A stretch of 64,000 nucleotides of DNA from a virus (Duplodnaviria > Caudoviricetes): the IMG/VR virus record IMGVR_UViG_3300046167_000724. The stretch is one strand, 5' to 3'. A program made the translations under genes and the position numbers. Numbering within the stretch: the first letter of the stretch is position 1; the number at the start of each line of letters is the position of its first letter. The notes beneath the pieces were generated by a model. It saw only the letters and a list, made by a program, of their open reading frames with translations, was not told the origin of the DNA and ran no database searches. This document shows, in pieces, positions 55,688 through 64,000 of the stretch.

Positions 55688-57001
55688 ATGCAGTTTAACC
55701 AAGACTTCGAGAAAATATTCTTTAAACTATCTTTAAAGAAACCTAAATATTTAGAAAGCATTAAGACGGATTTCTATACGTCTGAAGAGATTGATATTTT
55801 ATCAAGACTTGCTTTTAAATTTTATGAAAAGTATCATGAAACCCCATCTAAGGAGCAGACTAAACTATTAGCTTCTCGTAGTAAATCTGCGAGCAAGATT
55901 AGTGAAGGTTTGATTGACATGATATTTGACGTTAGGCTTGAAGAGTATGATGACGAATGGTTAACTTCAACTGCAGAGTCTTGGATTAAGTGGCGTACTT
56001 TCGATATTTCTTTTATAGACACTGTAGAGTTTATTAAAACCACAGATGTTTCTCCAGAAACCGTTGAATCCATTATTCAAAAAGCAAGGGGTTTAATTAA
56101 CGATAGAAATAATATTACATTTAATTCGGACTTAGGTCTTGATTTCTTTGATCCTAATTCACATGACCAGAAGGAAACTGAAAAAGTTAGCTCAGGTTAT
56201 AACTTTATTGATTATGCTTTAGGTGGTGGATATGATAAAGGTGGTAATTTAGTTGTTTATGCTGGAGAGCAGAATATTGGTAAGTCTATATTCCTTGCAA
56301 ACGACGCAGCAACTGCTGTTAAGATGGGCCACAACACCGCGGTAGTTACTGCAGAGATGGCAGCTCATAAATTTGTTAAACGTTTAGGTTCAAACTTATT
56401 GACTATTCCAGTTAACGAATACCAAGAGAAAGCTAAGAACAAAGATATGATTAAGCGTAAGCTTGAATCAGTCGGTAACGGCTTTACACCACCCGGTCAA
56501 TTATTCGTAAAGCAATTCCCAACTTCACAGGCAACAGTACTTGATATTGAAGCTTATCTATTACAGGTAGAAGAAGAGAAAAAGCTAAAGATGGATGTTG
56601 TAGTTATTGATTACATTAACATTTTGGCAAACTATAGAAACCAGAATACGGAAAACACATATATGAAGATTAAGCAGATTGCTGAAGACCTTCGTGCTAT
56701 GGGTGTTCGTAATAACTGGTTGATTATTACAGCAACTCAGATTACCAGGTCTGGATACAATGCATCAGATATTTCAATGACAGATATTGCAGAATCTGCA
56801 GGTCTTTCACATACAGCTGATATTATGCTTGGTATTATTCAAGATGAATTAATGCATGCCGAACACGAATACTGGTTAAAGATTTTAAAAATTAGAGATG
56901 GTGAGGGTAAAGGTGTTAAATGCCGACTAACTATCAATTATAATTACATGAGACTAACTGAAACTGATGATATTTCAGGTTCAAATATACACGCACTATA
57001 A
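55688..57001 (+). CDS. gp41: Replicative DnaB-like helicase, gp41-like
   Basis: Walker A 'GEQNIGKS', 'VTAEMA', 'VVIDYINI', 'KQIAEDLRAM', 'TATQ', 'DIAESAGL', 'KIRDG'. Confidence 0.92.
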   Translation: MQFNQDFEKIFFKLSLKKPKYLESIKTDFYTSEEIDILSRLAFKFYEKYHETPSKEQTKLLASRSKSASKISEGLIDMIFDVRLEEYDDEWLTSTAESWIKWRTFDISFIDTVEFIKTTDVSPETVESIIQKARGLINDRNNITFNSDLGLDFFDPNSHDQKETEKVSSGYNFIDYALGGGYDKGGNLVVYAGEQNIGKSIFLANDAATAVKMGHNTAVVTAEMAAHKFVKRLGSNLLTIPVNEYQEKAKNKDMIKRKLESVGNGFTPPGQLFVKQFPTSQATVLDIEAYLLQVEEEKKLKMDVVVIDYINILANYRNQNTENTYMKIKQIAEDLRAMGVRNNWLIITATQITRSGYNASDISMTDIAESAGLSHTADIMLGIIQDELMHAEHEYWLKILKIRDGEGKGVKCRLTINYNYMRLTETDDISGSNIHAL

Positions 57002-57447
57002 TGGCTAGAACTAAAACAGATAAAATATTTGATAATAATTTTGAGAATACAGAGTTTGAATTAAACAGCAATGTTACATTCACTGTTAGTCCACAATATT
57101 TAGATGATAGAGACGAAGAGGTAAAAATCGAACAGATCGCCTTACAAGAAGATATACACCAACTTATTGAAAAAAGTAGATTTGCAGCTTTTAATAAGTT
57201 AGATGAATTTTCGCAAACTGAGAAATTAAAGAAAGATGACATTAACAATGTTTATGAATTTATTTTTGAAGAGCTGCATCGTAAATATAACCCAATCGAC
57301 ATCTTTAGTGAATTATCCGATTACTTTAATGTAAATCCAAATAAGTTTTACAGCTCGTTGGCAAATTCATTTAAAGAAAATCTTATCGAAGAATTAGATA
57401 AAAAAACAGGTATACTTAAGAGTAGAAACATAAACAGATTATTCTAA
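57001..57447 (+). CDS. Hypothetical protein
   Basis: 148 aa, coupled between gp41 and gp47. Confidence 0.6.
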   Translation: MARTKTDKIFDNNFENTEFELNSNVTFTVSPQYLDDRDEEVKIEQIALQEDIHQLIEKSRFAAFNKLDEFSQTEKLKKDDINNVYEFIFEELHRKYNPIDIFSELSDYFNVNPNKFYSSLANSFKENLIEELDKKTGILKSRNINRLF

Positions 57448-58562
57448 TGATTAGCCAAGAAGTAAAAGACCAACCCGTAAAAAGAGTTTGGATTCTTGGT
57501 GATATGCACTTAGGTATTCGTTCAAACTCTAATGAATGGTTAGAAATCCAAAAGGACTTCTATGAAAATCAATTTATCCCAACATTAAAAGAACATGTTA
57601 AAGAAGGTGATATTTTAGTACAAGTAGGTGATGCGTTTGATAATAGACAGTCAATTAACTTAAAGGTGCTTAGCTATGCCGTAGACCTATTCGAGCGATT
57701 GGGTCAGATTCTACCAACCCATATTATTTGTGGTAACCACGATATTTGGGCGAAGAAGTCTAATGAGATTACATCTATTGATTCGCTTAAGTGGATTCCA
57801 AACATTCAGATTTATAAAGAACCTAAGCTATTAAAATGGCACGACAAGAACATATTGATGATGCCATGGAGAAGGGACCCACAACACGAAGCGGAAACGC
57901 TTGCCGAATTCCCATCAACAGATATTGTATTTTGTCATTCAGAAGTTCGAGGCATTTCACTAAACAATAAAGTGAAGAACATGCATGGTTCAGATGCCAA
58001 TACTTTTTCAAAGTATACTGCGGTTTATTCAGGTCATATTCACTATCGTCAAACTAAAGGTGCTTTAAGAATGGTTGGAACGCCATATGAATTAACGCGT
58101 TCAGATTCTGGTAATACTAAAGGTTTTGATATGGTTGATTTAGAAACTATGGAAGAGACGTTTTTTGAGAATACAATATCTCCTAAGTTTGTTAAGTTTA
58201 ATCTTACAACCCTTTACAATGTTACACTGGGCGACTTTAAGCAACGCATCTCTAATAACTTTGTAGACCTATTTGTTCCAAGTAAAATTGCAACAAACGC
58301 GTCCTTAAGTGCTTTAATCAATAGGGTTCAACGTGTTGCTAGAAAAATTGAACCAAATATTTATCAAGAGCAAGATATTATTGATAAAGACCTTCATGAC
58401 ATGGAACAGATTGAGGGTGAATTTAAAAGCTATAATATTTTACATTTGTTTGATTCTTATGTTGATGCTTTATCACACGATAAAGAAATGAAACAAAAGA
58501 TTAAAGAAGAACTAAAAAATGTATACAATAAGGTTGTTAACAATTACGACGTAGACCAATGA
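57447..58562 (+). CDS. gp47: Recombination endonuclease gp47 (Mre11/SbcD-like)
   Basis: Phosphoesterase motifs 'GDMHLG', 'GDAFD', 'GNHD', 'HSE', 'SGHIH'. Confidence 0.92.
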   Translation: MISQEVKDQPVKRVWILGDMHLGIRSNSNEWLEIQKDFYENQFIPTLKEHVKEGDILVQVGDAFDNRQSINLKVLSYAVDLFERLGQILPTHIICGNHDIWAKKSNEITSIDSLKWIPNIQIYKEPKLLKWHDKNILMMPWRRDPQHEAETLAEFPSTDIVFCHSEVRGISLNNKVKNMHGSDANTFSKYTAVYSGHIHYRQTKGALRMVGTPYELTRSDSGNTKGFDMVDLETMEETFFENTISPKFVKFNLTTLYNVTLGDFKQRISNNFVDLFVPSKIATNASLSALINRVQRVARKIEPNIYQEQDIIDKDLHDMEQIEGEFKSYNILHLFDSYVDALSHDKEMKQKIKEELKNVYNKVVNNYDVDQ

Positions 58563-60232
58563 AAATAGTATCGATTGAATTTAAAAATATCGCATCTTAC
58601 GGAAACAAAAAGCAAAAGCTTGAGTTCCCAGAAGATTCAGCAGAATTATATTTAACTTTAGGTAAAAATGGCTACGGTAAAACAACCATTGCAAATGCTA
58701 TTGTATTTGGTTTATATGGTAAAGTTGAAGGTGTGAAACTTGGTGACTTACCTAATCGTATTAATAAAGAACTTTGGGTTAGAGTTAATGTGATTTGTGG
58801 TACAATGAATGTTGTTATCGAAAGAGGTTTAGCACCAAGCAAATTCAGCGTAACTATTAACGGCGTTGAATACGATAAGGCTGGTAAGAAATCTGTACAG
58901 GATTATTTAGAAGATGAAGTATATGGTATTCCCTATCATGTATTTAAGAACATTATCATTTTATCTATTAATGATTTCAAGTCTTTCTTGACAATGACAC
59001 CTACTGATAAAAAACAAATTATCGATAGAATGTTTGGTTTTTCAGTATTGAATGATATGCAGCGTGTTGTTAAAGAAGACCGTAAAGTTCTCAAGTCTGA
59101 CTTAGATAGTTTTGAATCTGAATTGACACAAATCAATGAGTCTATTATTCAAGTTAAAATGCAACTTAATAAGATGCAAGCTGAGAGTGCTGAAAAAGAT
59201 AAAGATAAGATTAAGCAGCTTAAAGACAAATTAGTTAAATTTAATGACAATAAGAACAAGCTTGAAGATGCACAACAAACTATTGTTAAGCACCTAGGCA
59301 AACTTGAAGATGATTTATCTACTAAGAATGTAAGCTATTCTAATTTAAATTATGAATTGCAAACACTTAAGAAAAAACTAGCACTTTACGAAAAGAACGC
59401 ATGTCCAACATGTGAGACACCATTAGATACTGAATTCCATACTGAAAAGAAAGATGCTTATAATGTAAAAGCTGAGGCTATTCCAGGTAAAATGGAAGTA
59501 TTAGAGTCTGAAGTTGGTGCTGTAAAGTCAAGTATTCAAGACGCTCGTACCAAGCAGTCGGCCATTCGTGATAAAGTATCAGCGTTGAAAACAAACATGC
59601 AGGTTATTAAGAATGAATTGATTAATATCCAAAAAGCATCAACGGACGCTGACCAGTTTGCACATCTTGAAAACTTAATCAGTCAATTCAAAACACAAGA
59701 AGATGATAAGACTTCTGAAAAGTCAACAGTCTCTAATGATTATTACTTCCTTGAAACTATTGAAGCTATTTTAGGTGAAGATGGTGTAAAGAACATGGCA
59801 GTTAAAACAATCCTACCGGGTTTGAATGCTAATATTGCTGCAATGATTAACACAATGCACTTACCGTTTCATATTAGATTTGATGATAAGTTTAATTGTA
59901 TTATTAATCACTTAGGTGAAGAAATCAATCCAATGACACTTTCAACAGGTGAGCGTAAAGCTGCGGACTTTATTATCATTATTGCTATCATCAAGATTCT
60001 TAAGTTAAGATTCCCACAATTAAATCTATTATTTTTAGATGAGTTACTTTCATCAGTTGATTCTGATGGTGTTTATAACATACTTAAGATTTTAGCTCAA
60101 GTGATTAAAGAGAATAAAATCAATACGTTTGTGATTAACCATTCAGTTTTACCTCACGAAATCTTTGATAAGAAAATACAGATTTATCGTGATAACGGTT
60201 TCTCTAAATTTGAAATTGAGACCATAGAATAG
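58559..60232 (+). CDS. gp46: Recombination ATPase gp46 (Rad50/SbcC-like)
   Basis: 'GKNGYGKTT', zinc hook 'CPTC', signature 'LSTGE', Walker B 'FLDE', 'INH'. Confidence 0.92.
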   Translation: MKIVSIEFKNIASYGNKKQKLEFPEDSAELYLTLGKNGYGKTTIANAIVFGLYGKVEGVKLGDLPNRINKELWVRVNVICGTMNVVIERGLAPSKFSVTINGVEYDKAGKKSVQDYLEDEVYGIPYHVFKNIIILSINDFKSFLTMTPTDKKQIIDRMFGFSVLNDMQRVVKEDRKVLKSDLDSFESELTQINESIIQVKMQLNKMQAESAEKDKDKIKQLKDKLVKFNDNKNKLEDAQQTIVKHLGKLEDDLSTKNVSYSNLNYELQTLKKKLALYEKNACPTCETPLDTEFHTEKKDAYNVKAEAIPGKMEVLESEVGAVKSSIQDARTKQSAIRDKVSALKTNMQVIKNELINIQKASTDADQFAHLENLISQFKTQEDDKTSEKSTVSNDYYFLETIEAILGEDGVKNMAVKTILPGLNANIAAMINTMHLPFHIRFDDKFNCIINHLGEEINPMTLSTGERKAADFIIIIAIIKILKLRFPQLNLLFLDELLSSVDSDGVYNILKILAQVIKENKINTFVINHSVLPHEIFDKKIQIYRDNGFSKFEIETIE

Positions 60233-60233
60233 A

Positions 60234-60241
60234 GATATATA
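60234..60241 (+). promoter_or_regulatory. Putative late promoter GATATATA
   Basis: Intergenic; 6 nt before ATG 60248. Confidence 0.55.
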
Positions 60242-60247
60242 CTATCT

Positions 60248-61036
60248 ATGGCAACGTACAACGTAAAATTTAACAAGGATGATAGTGTTATTAGACACGT
60301 CATTATAGGTCTCTTAGCAGATTTAAATAATAAGGTGTACTTTTACCGTCAACTTGATAATAATAAAAGAGTTGAGGTTGATGTACCTTTTTATTATGCA
60401 GTATCTGGCGATGAAGATTTCTTAAAGGATAACTTTTTATTCTTGACTAAAGATGGTTTAAGATGTGAACCTGACGGTGCTAAAGCTGATGGTAATTACG
60501 ATAGGGTTCCACGTGGTGTGGTAAACTTTACCGGTATGTCTATCGATTCTGCTAAATTAGTTAACAAGCGCATTAGAGGTTCATATACTAAGATGAATGA
60601 GAATGGTGCAATGGAAGGTTACAATGCTGAATTTGAAATGATTCCAGTTAACATTTCAGTTGATGTTGAAATTATCACATCATCACAGTTAGATAACTTT
60701 AAGATTGTTGAACGTATTATTAAAAGACTGTATAAATCAAATCAATATAATATAGAGGTTGGTGATTTGAATGAGGGTTCTTATAGACTTTCATCTTATT
60801 ATGCAATGCCTGAGGATTATACAGTAGAAAGACCTATTGAATTTTCATTTGATTCAAATGAAGGTTATAAGGTTACATTCTCATTAGAAATTAATTCATT
60901 CATTCCATCGTTTGAATGGGAAACTGAAATGCATGTTGGTAACAGGATGTTTGAAATCCACACACAGCCTACAAACACTAAGGAAGAGGATTTTAATAGA
61001 ACATCTGATGATAATCCAAAACGCATCGTAGACTAA
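60248..61036 (+). CDS. gp15: Tail sheath terminator/completion protein, gp15-like
   Basis: 'VIRHVIIGLLADLN', 'VDVPFYYA', 'IPVNISVDVEII', 'FSLEINSF' resemble gp15-family motifs. Confidence 0.55.
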   Translation: MATYNVKFNKDDSVIRHVIIGLLADLNNKVYFYRQLDNNKRVEVDVPFYYAVSGDEDFLKDNFLFLTKDGLRCEPDGAKADGNYDRVPRGVVNFTGMSIDSAKLVNKRIRGSYTKMNENGAMEGYNAEFEMIPVNISVDVEIITSSQLDNFKIVERIIKRLYKSNQYNIEVGDLNEGSYRLSSYYAMPEDYTVERPIEFSFDSNEGYKVTFSLEINSFIPSFEWETEMHVGNRMFEIHTQPTNTKEEDFNRTSDDNPKRIVD

Positions 61037-61044
61037 GATATATA
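61037..61044 (+). promoter_or_regulatory. Putative late promoter GATATATA
   Basis: Intergenic, upstream of ATG 61068. Confidence 0.55.
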
Positions 61045-61067
61045 AAAAAATAAAGAATATTATAACT

Positions 61068-61832
61068 ATGAATCTTTCACCAGTTAAAATTATTAACGAA
61101 AACGAAATTGAATTTTACCTACATGGTAAATCATTCACTGTAAACACTACTGAAAATACTGTAGTTGAAAACGAAACTATTTCAAAAGAACTTCACACAT
61201 TAGCATGGGCTGTTGAAAACTTCCAGTTCATTGAAGATAAAATTGTATGGCATAAAGGTATACACAAAATGTGGTACAATATTACTGAAGCGAAATTCTA
61301 TATGGGTAATACTGAAGTTTTAGATGAAGGTTTTGTTAACTTCATTATGGCTGCTGGTATTATTAGATACAATGAAAAGCCAGTTGCTGAAGCATTTGTA
61401 TATGCTGCAAATAATGCTGAATCATTTGTTAATTTAGACTTTGTTAAAACAGTTAATGAAAATGGTAACCTAATTGATGTTATGAAGTTTGGCGAAAACA
61501 TTTATATTTCTAGAATTAATGAAGCTGCTAAAATCTATAATTTCTTTAAGGCAAACACTGCAAATGCTGCAGTTGAGTATGTTAATGAAAAGACTAATGT
61601 AAACATCACTGAATTTGTTGCTGAATTAGTTGAAGGCGAATTAACTGAATATGTTGATGCACTTGATGAAATTGCAAAGAAGCAAGAAATCATTACATTC
61701 TTAAAAGATCAAAGAAACAGATTAGCTGAAGCTGATAAATCAATTGAAGAAATCAATGCAGCAGACGCACTTATTGAAAGTGAGATTGCTAAATTTGAAA
61801 CTGAAATTAAAGAATTAAAAGCTACGCTATAA
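61068..61832 (+). CDS. Hypothetical protein with C-terminal coiled coil (late-expressed)
   Basis: 254 aa, acidic, preceded by the late motif. Confidence 0.55.
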   Translation: MNLSPVKIINENEIEFYLHGKSFTVNTTENTVVENETISKELHTLAWAVENFQFIEDKIVWHKGIHKMWYNITEAKFYMGNTEVLDEGFVNFIMAAGIIRYNEKPVAEAFVYAANNAESFVNLDFVKTVNENGNLIDVMKFGENIYISRINEAAKIYNFFKANTANAAVEYVNEKTNVNITEFVAELVEGELTEYVDALDEIAKKQEIITFLKDQRNRLAEADKSIEEINAADALIESEIAKFETEIKELKATL

Positions 61833-62089
61833 TGCAATCTAAATTTATTAAAACATTTGAGCAATTTGTAATAAACGAAGAAGAAATCTCAAGATCAACT
61901 GGTTATGTACCGGGTTCTTTGAAAAAAGAATTTGAAAATTTACCAGCGGGTACTAAAGTATCTATTGACGCTTTGAATTATTCTCAATCTGCAAACGATG
62001 ACCTTGTTATTTGTTTTACCGACTCTAACGAAAATATGTTAAGAGTCCCTAAATCAAAACTAGTGCTGGAGGACGGCGAAGGCATTTAA
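61832..62089 (+). CDS. Small protein with CTS-like leader (MQSKFIKTFEQFVINE-E)
   Basis: 85 aa; shares the leader motif of the 33.7-43.8 kb cluster. Confidence 0.65.
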   Translation: MQSKFIKTFEQFVINEEEISRSTGYVPGSLKKEFENLPAGTKVSIDALNYSQSANDDLVICFTDSNENMLRVPKSKLVLEDGEGI

Positions 62090-62137
62090 TTTGCTCAAAT
62101 ATTATTAAAGTTCTTTAGGATTCTATTCCTTTGGATC

Positions 62138-62161
62138 AAGCCCGGTAACCCCGGGCTTTTT
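62138..62161 (+). terminator. Rho-independent terminator
   Basis: aagcccgg-taacc-ccgggctt followed by a T run. Confidence 0.85.
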
Positions 62162-62176
62162 ACTTGTGTCTCTTTT

Positions 62177-62205
62177 GAAACACTTAATGATAACTATCGT
62201 ATAAT
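62177..62205 (+). promoter_or_regulatory. TGAAAC-N16-CGTATAAT (GAAAC-N18-TATAAT) promoter of the gp55 operon
   Basis: gaaac 62177-81, tataat 62200-05. Confidence 0.7.
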
Positions 62206-62237
62206 AAGTAATAATATTAATAACAACTACACTAATC

Positions 62238-62612
62238 GTGGCTAGAAAAAAGAATTATTTAAATAACAAAGACCTTTACGCAGAGATTGTAAAGTCAAAA
62301 GAACAGGATAAGCTGACGCCGACTGCTGAAAAAATGCTTATACTATTGGCTGAAAACGCAATCCGTAAAATGTCATATGTTTATAATGATGATAGGCAAG
62401 ATTGTTTACAGTTTGCTATACTTGATCTTTTAAAGTACTGGCGTAACTTTAATCCAAAGTACCCTAACGCATTTGCATACTTTACGGAGATTGCGAAACG
62501 TGGCTACGCTAAAGGTTGGAATAAAATTCACCCGGTTAAATATAAAGATACAATGTCAATTGATAGAGCAGGTGCTAAACCAGGTGAAGAAGGTGGCTTG
62601 TTTTCTATATAA
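62238..62612 (+). CDS. gp55: Late-transcription sigma factor, gp55-like (GTG start)
   Basis: 'NYLNNKDL', 'DCLQFAILDLLKYWRNFNP..NAFAYFTEIAKRG' is the gp55 signature. Confidence 0.88.
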   Translation: MARKKNYLNNKDLYAEIVKSKEQDKLTPTAEKMLILLAENAIRKMSYVYNDDRQDCLQFAILDLLKYWRNFNPKYPNAFAYFTEIAKRGYAKGWNKIHPVKYKDTMSIDRAGAKPGEEGGLFSI

Positions 62613-63088
62613 TGTCAATCAAGAAGGTTCGCCCTACAAAAAAGTCTAAGTTTATACAAGGTTATTTTAAACCTAATAATCCTTCAAAATATGTAGGACC
62701 TGAACCTATTATATACAGGTCATCTTGGGAACGTAAGTTTATGATGTGGTGTGATAATAACGAGCTTGTTATTATGTGGTCATCTGAACCTGTTGAAATA
62801 CCGTATTGGTCAAAACTTCATAAAAAGCAACGTAAGTATTATCCTGACTTTTATATTAAAGTTAAAAAGCACGATGGCGAAATTGACCATATCCTTATAG
62901 AGATTAAGCCAGAGGCTCAAATCAAAAAACCAAAACCACCCACTAAAAATTCTAAAAAAGCTTTAGACAATTACAGATTTCTTGCAGAACAGTATGTAAT
63001 TAATAAGGATAAATATATTGCGGCACAACACTTTGCTAATGATAGAGGTTGGCGGTTTGCTGTAATGACAGAAAAGTCTCTTAAATAA
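62612..63088 (+). CDS. gp4: Head completion nuclease, gp4-like (TnsA-type PD-(D/E)xK)
   Basis: 'IIYRSSWERKFMMWCD', 'WSSEPVEIPY', 'YYPDFYIK', 'IEIKP', 'KYIAAQHFA'. Confidence 0.9.
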   Translation: MSIKKVRPTKKSKFIQGYFKPNNPSKYVGPEPIIYRSSWERKFMMWCDNNELVIMWSSEPVEIPYWSKLHKKQRKYYPDFYIKVKKHDGEIDHILIEIKPEAQIKKPKPPTKNSKKALDNYRFLAEQYVINKDKYIAAQHFANDRGWRFAVMTEKSLK

Positions 63089-63693
63089 TGGGTCAAATTA
63101 AAAAAGACATTCAAGCTTTAGTTTCAGAATTAGGTTCTAAATCAAATGCCATTAAGGAATCAACTAAATGGTATTCAACATCGTTGTCAGCTTTTAGAAA
63201 TAAAGAGGTTGTTAAGTACGGTGAGCGATTCAGACCTGGTAAGATTTATGTATTTAGGTATGATAACCCCATTACAGAAAATATAGAATGGTGGGATAGA
63301 AATCCAGTTGTTTTAGCCTTAGACCCACATAAAAGCAACGATGTCGGTATAAATCTAAACATGCTTCCACAAGATGTAAAAGAAACATTACTGGATGATT
63401 TACATATAAGATTAAATGGGCAGATAAAAACCAACAAAACAAGGTCGCCTAATAATGCATCGGGTCAAGGTCAATTAAACCTAACATATGCCGGTGCAAA
63501 ACGTTATTTAGACAAGTTTGGTTGTGGTTTTGCTATAAGACAATATAAACCAAACTTAAAAGCTAAACAAGCTGTGGTGTCTTATGAGAACTGGTCAAAG
63601 ATTGTACTTTGTGATTTTGCAGATTTTGAAGGTATTTCAAGAGGTGCGATAATGGCGATGTATAAAAAGTATTATAATAATAAGAATATATAA
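63088..63693 (+). CDS. gp2: DNA end-protector, gp2-like
   Basis: 'PGKIYVFRYD', 'WDRNPVVL', 'GINLNMLP', 'FAIRQY'. Confidence 0.75.
   Translation: MGQIKKDIQALVSELGSKSNAIKESTKWYSTSLSAFRNKEVVKYGERFRPGKIYVFRYDNPITENIEWWDRNPVVLALDPHKSNDVGINLNMLPQDVKETLLDDLHIRLNGQIKTNKTRSPNNASGQGQLNLTYAGAKRYLDKFGCGFAIRQYKPNLKAKQAVVSYENWSKIVLCDFADFEGISRGAIMAMYKKYYNNKNI
63685..63692 (+). promoter_or_regulatory. Putative late promoter variant AATATATA
   Basis: At the gene boundary upstream of ATG 63712. Confidence 0.4.
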
Positions 63694-63711
63694 ACAAATT
63701 AAAGCAATTAA

Positions 63712-64000
63712 ATGGCAGGTTTTGTAAATCCAAAAAATGGACCTCTTTCTTACGGTAAGAGACCATTTACTTTAAGTACGGCTCTTAAGAGTCTTTCGTC
63801 GTTTGGAATGTACTATGATGACATGGTACTTCGCCAATCACAGGCAATTGGCCCAGTAGAAGATGCATTAGGCTACGGTCAAATGAACATGATGGGTGTT
63901 GACAATGACGATATGTACAGTGCATTCGCATCGCTGTCAATGGCTGATACTAATATGCGTAAATCAATCCCTCTTTTTGATAGGGATTACGAATCTAAGA
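63712..64000 (+). CDS. 5' part of a gene running off the window, possibly the portal (gp20-like)
   Basis: Open frame MAGFVNPKNGPLSYGKRPFTLSTALKSLSSFGMYYDDMVLRQSQAIG... to the window end; the product is guessed from context only. Confidence 0.35.
   Translation, partial: MAGFVNPKNGPLSYGKRPFTLSTALKSLSSFGMYYDDMVLRQSQAIGPVEDALGYGQMNMMGVDNDDMYSAFASLSMADTNMRKSIPLFDRDYESK

Noticed and set aside
1992-63766. Numerous 60-160 aa minus-strand ORFs and short alternative-frame plus-strand ORFs in the ORF track
   Set aside because: Nearly all lie wholly within longer, motif-bearing + strand genes and read as antisense shadows of biased codon usage (S/L/F/I-rich), with no promoters or recognisable motifs.
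1-64000. Stop-codon reassignment, known in some large Bacteroidota/gut phages
   Set aside because: Long genes are intact under the standard code, and TAG (53288, 60232) and TGA (1085, 28102, 31508, 55063, 58562) end genes at sensible boundaries.

Overview
This is a 64-kb, AT-rich, densely coding segment of a large T4-like (myovirus-type) dsDNA phage genome; every credible gene lies on the + strand and uses the standard code. The host is probably Bacteroidota (inferred from A-rich, Shine-Dalgarno-less start regions). Layout: (i) 1-28.5 kb, baseplate/neck/tail genes (hub, gp5-like spike, gp13, gp25, gp6, gp7/gpI-like, large unknown structural proteins, collagen/collar fibre), interrupted by a phage ribosomal protein S1 gene and an amidoligase gene; (ii) 28.5-33.7 kb, RuvC-like resolvase, gp32, primase, UvsY, UvsW; (iii) 33.7-43.8 kb, a cluster of acidic proteins carrying T4 capsid-targeting-sequence-like motifs and modules delimited by prohead-protease-type (I/L/V)xE sites, including two ligase-fold nucleotidyltransferases, one fused to a HIGH-family nucleotidyltransferase; (iv) 43.9-60.2 kb, ThyA, dimeric dUTPase, a family-B DNA polymerase split into two genes 4.3 kb apart, NrdB/NrdA, clamp, UvsX, 2OG-Fe(II) oxygenase, gp41, gp47/gp46; (v) 60.2-64 kb, gp15, gp55, gp4, gp2 and a truncated gene. 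Two recurring promoter motifs were read directly: GAAAC-N17/18-TATAAT (replication genes) and RATATATA (mostly structural genes). The best candidate for an undescribed system is the putative capsid-loaded, protease-processed polyprotein cargo locus with its ligase/nucleotidyltransferase pair. All product calls come from motif recognition by eye; no database searches were run.
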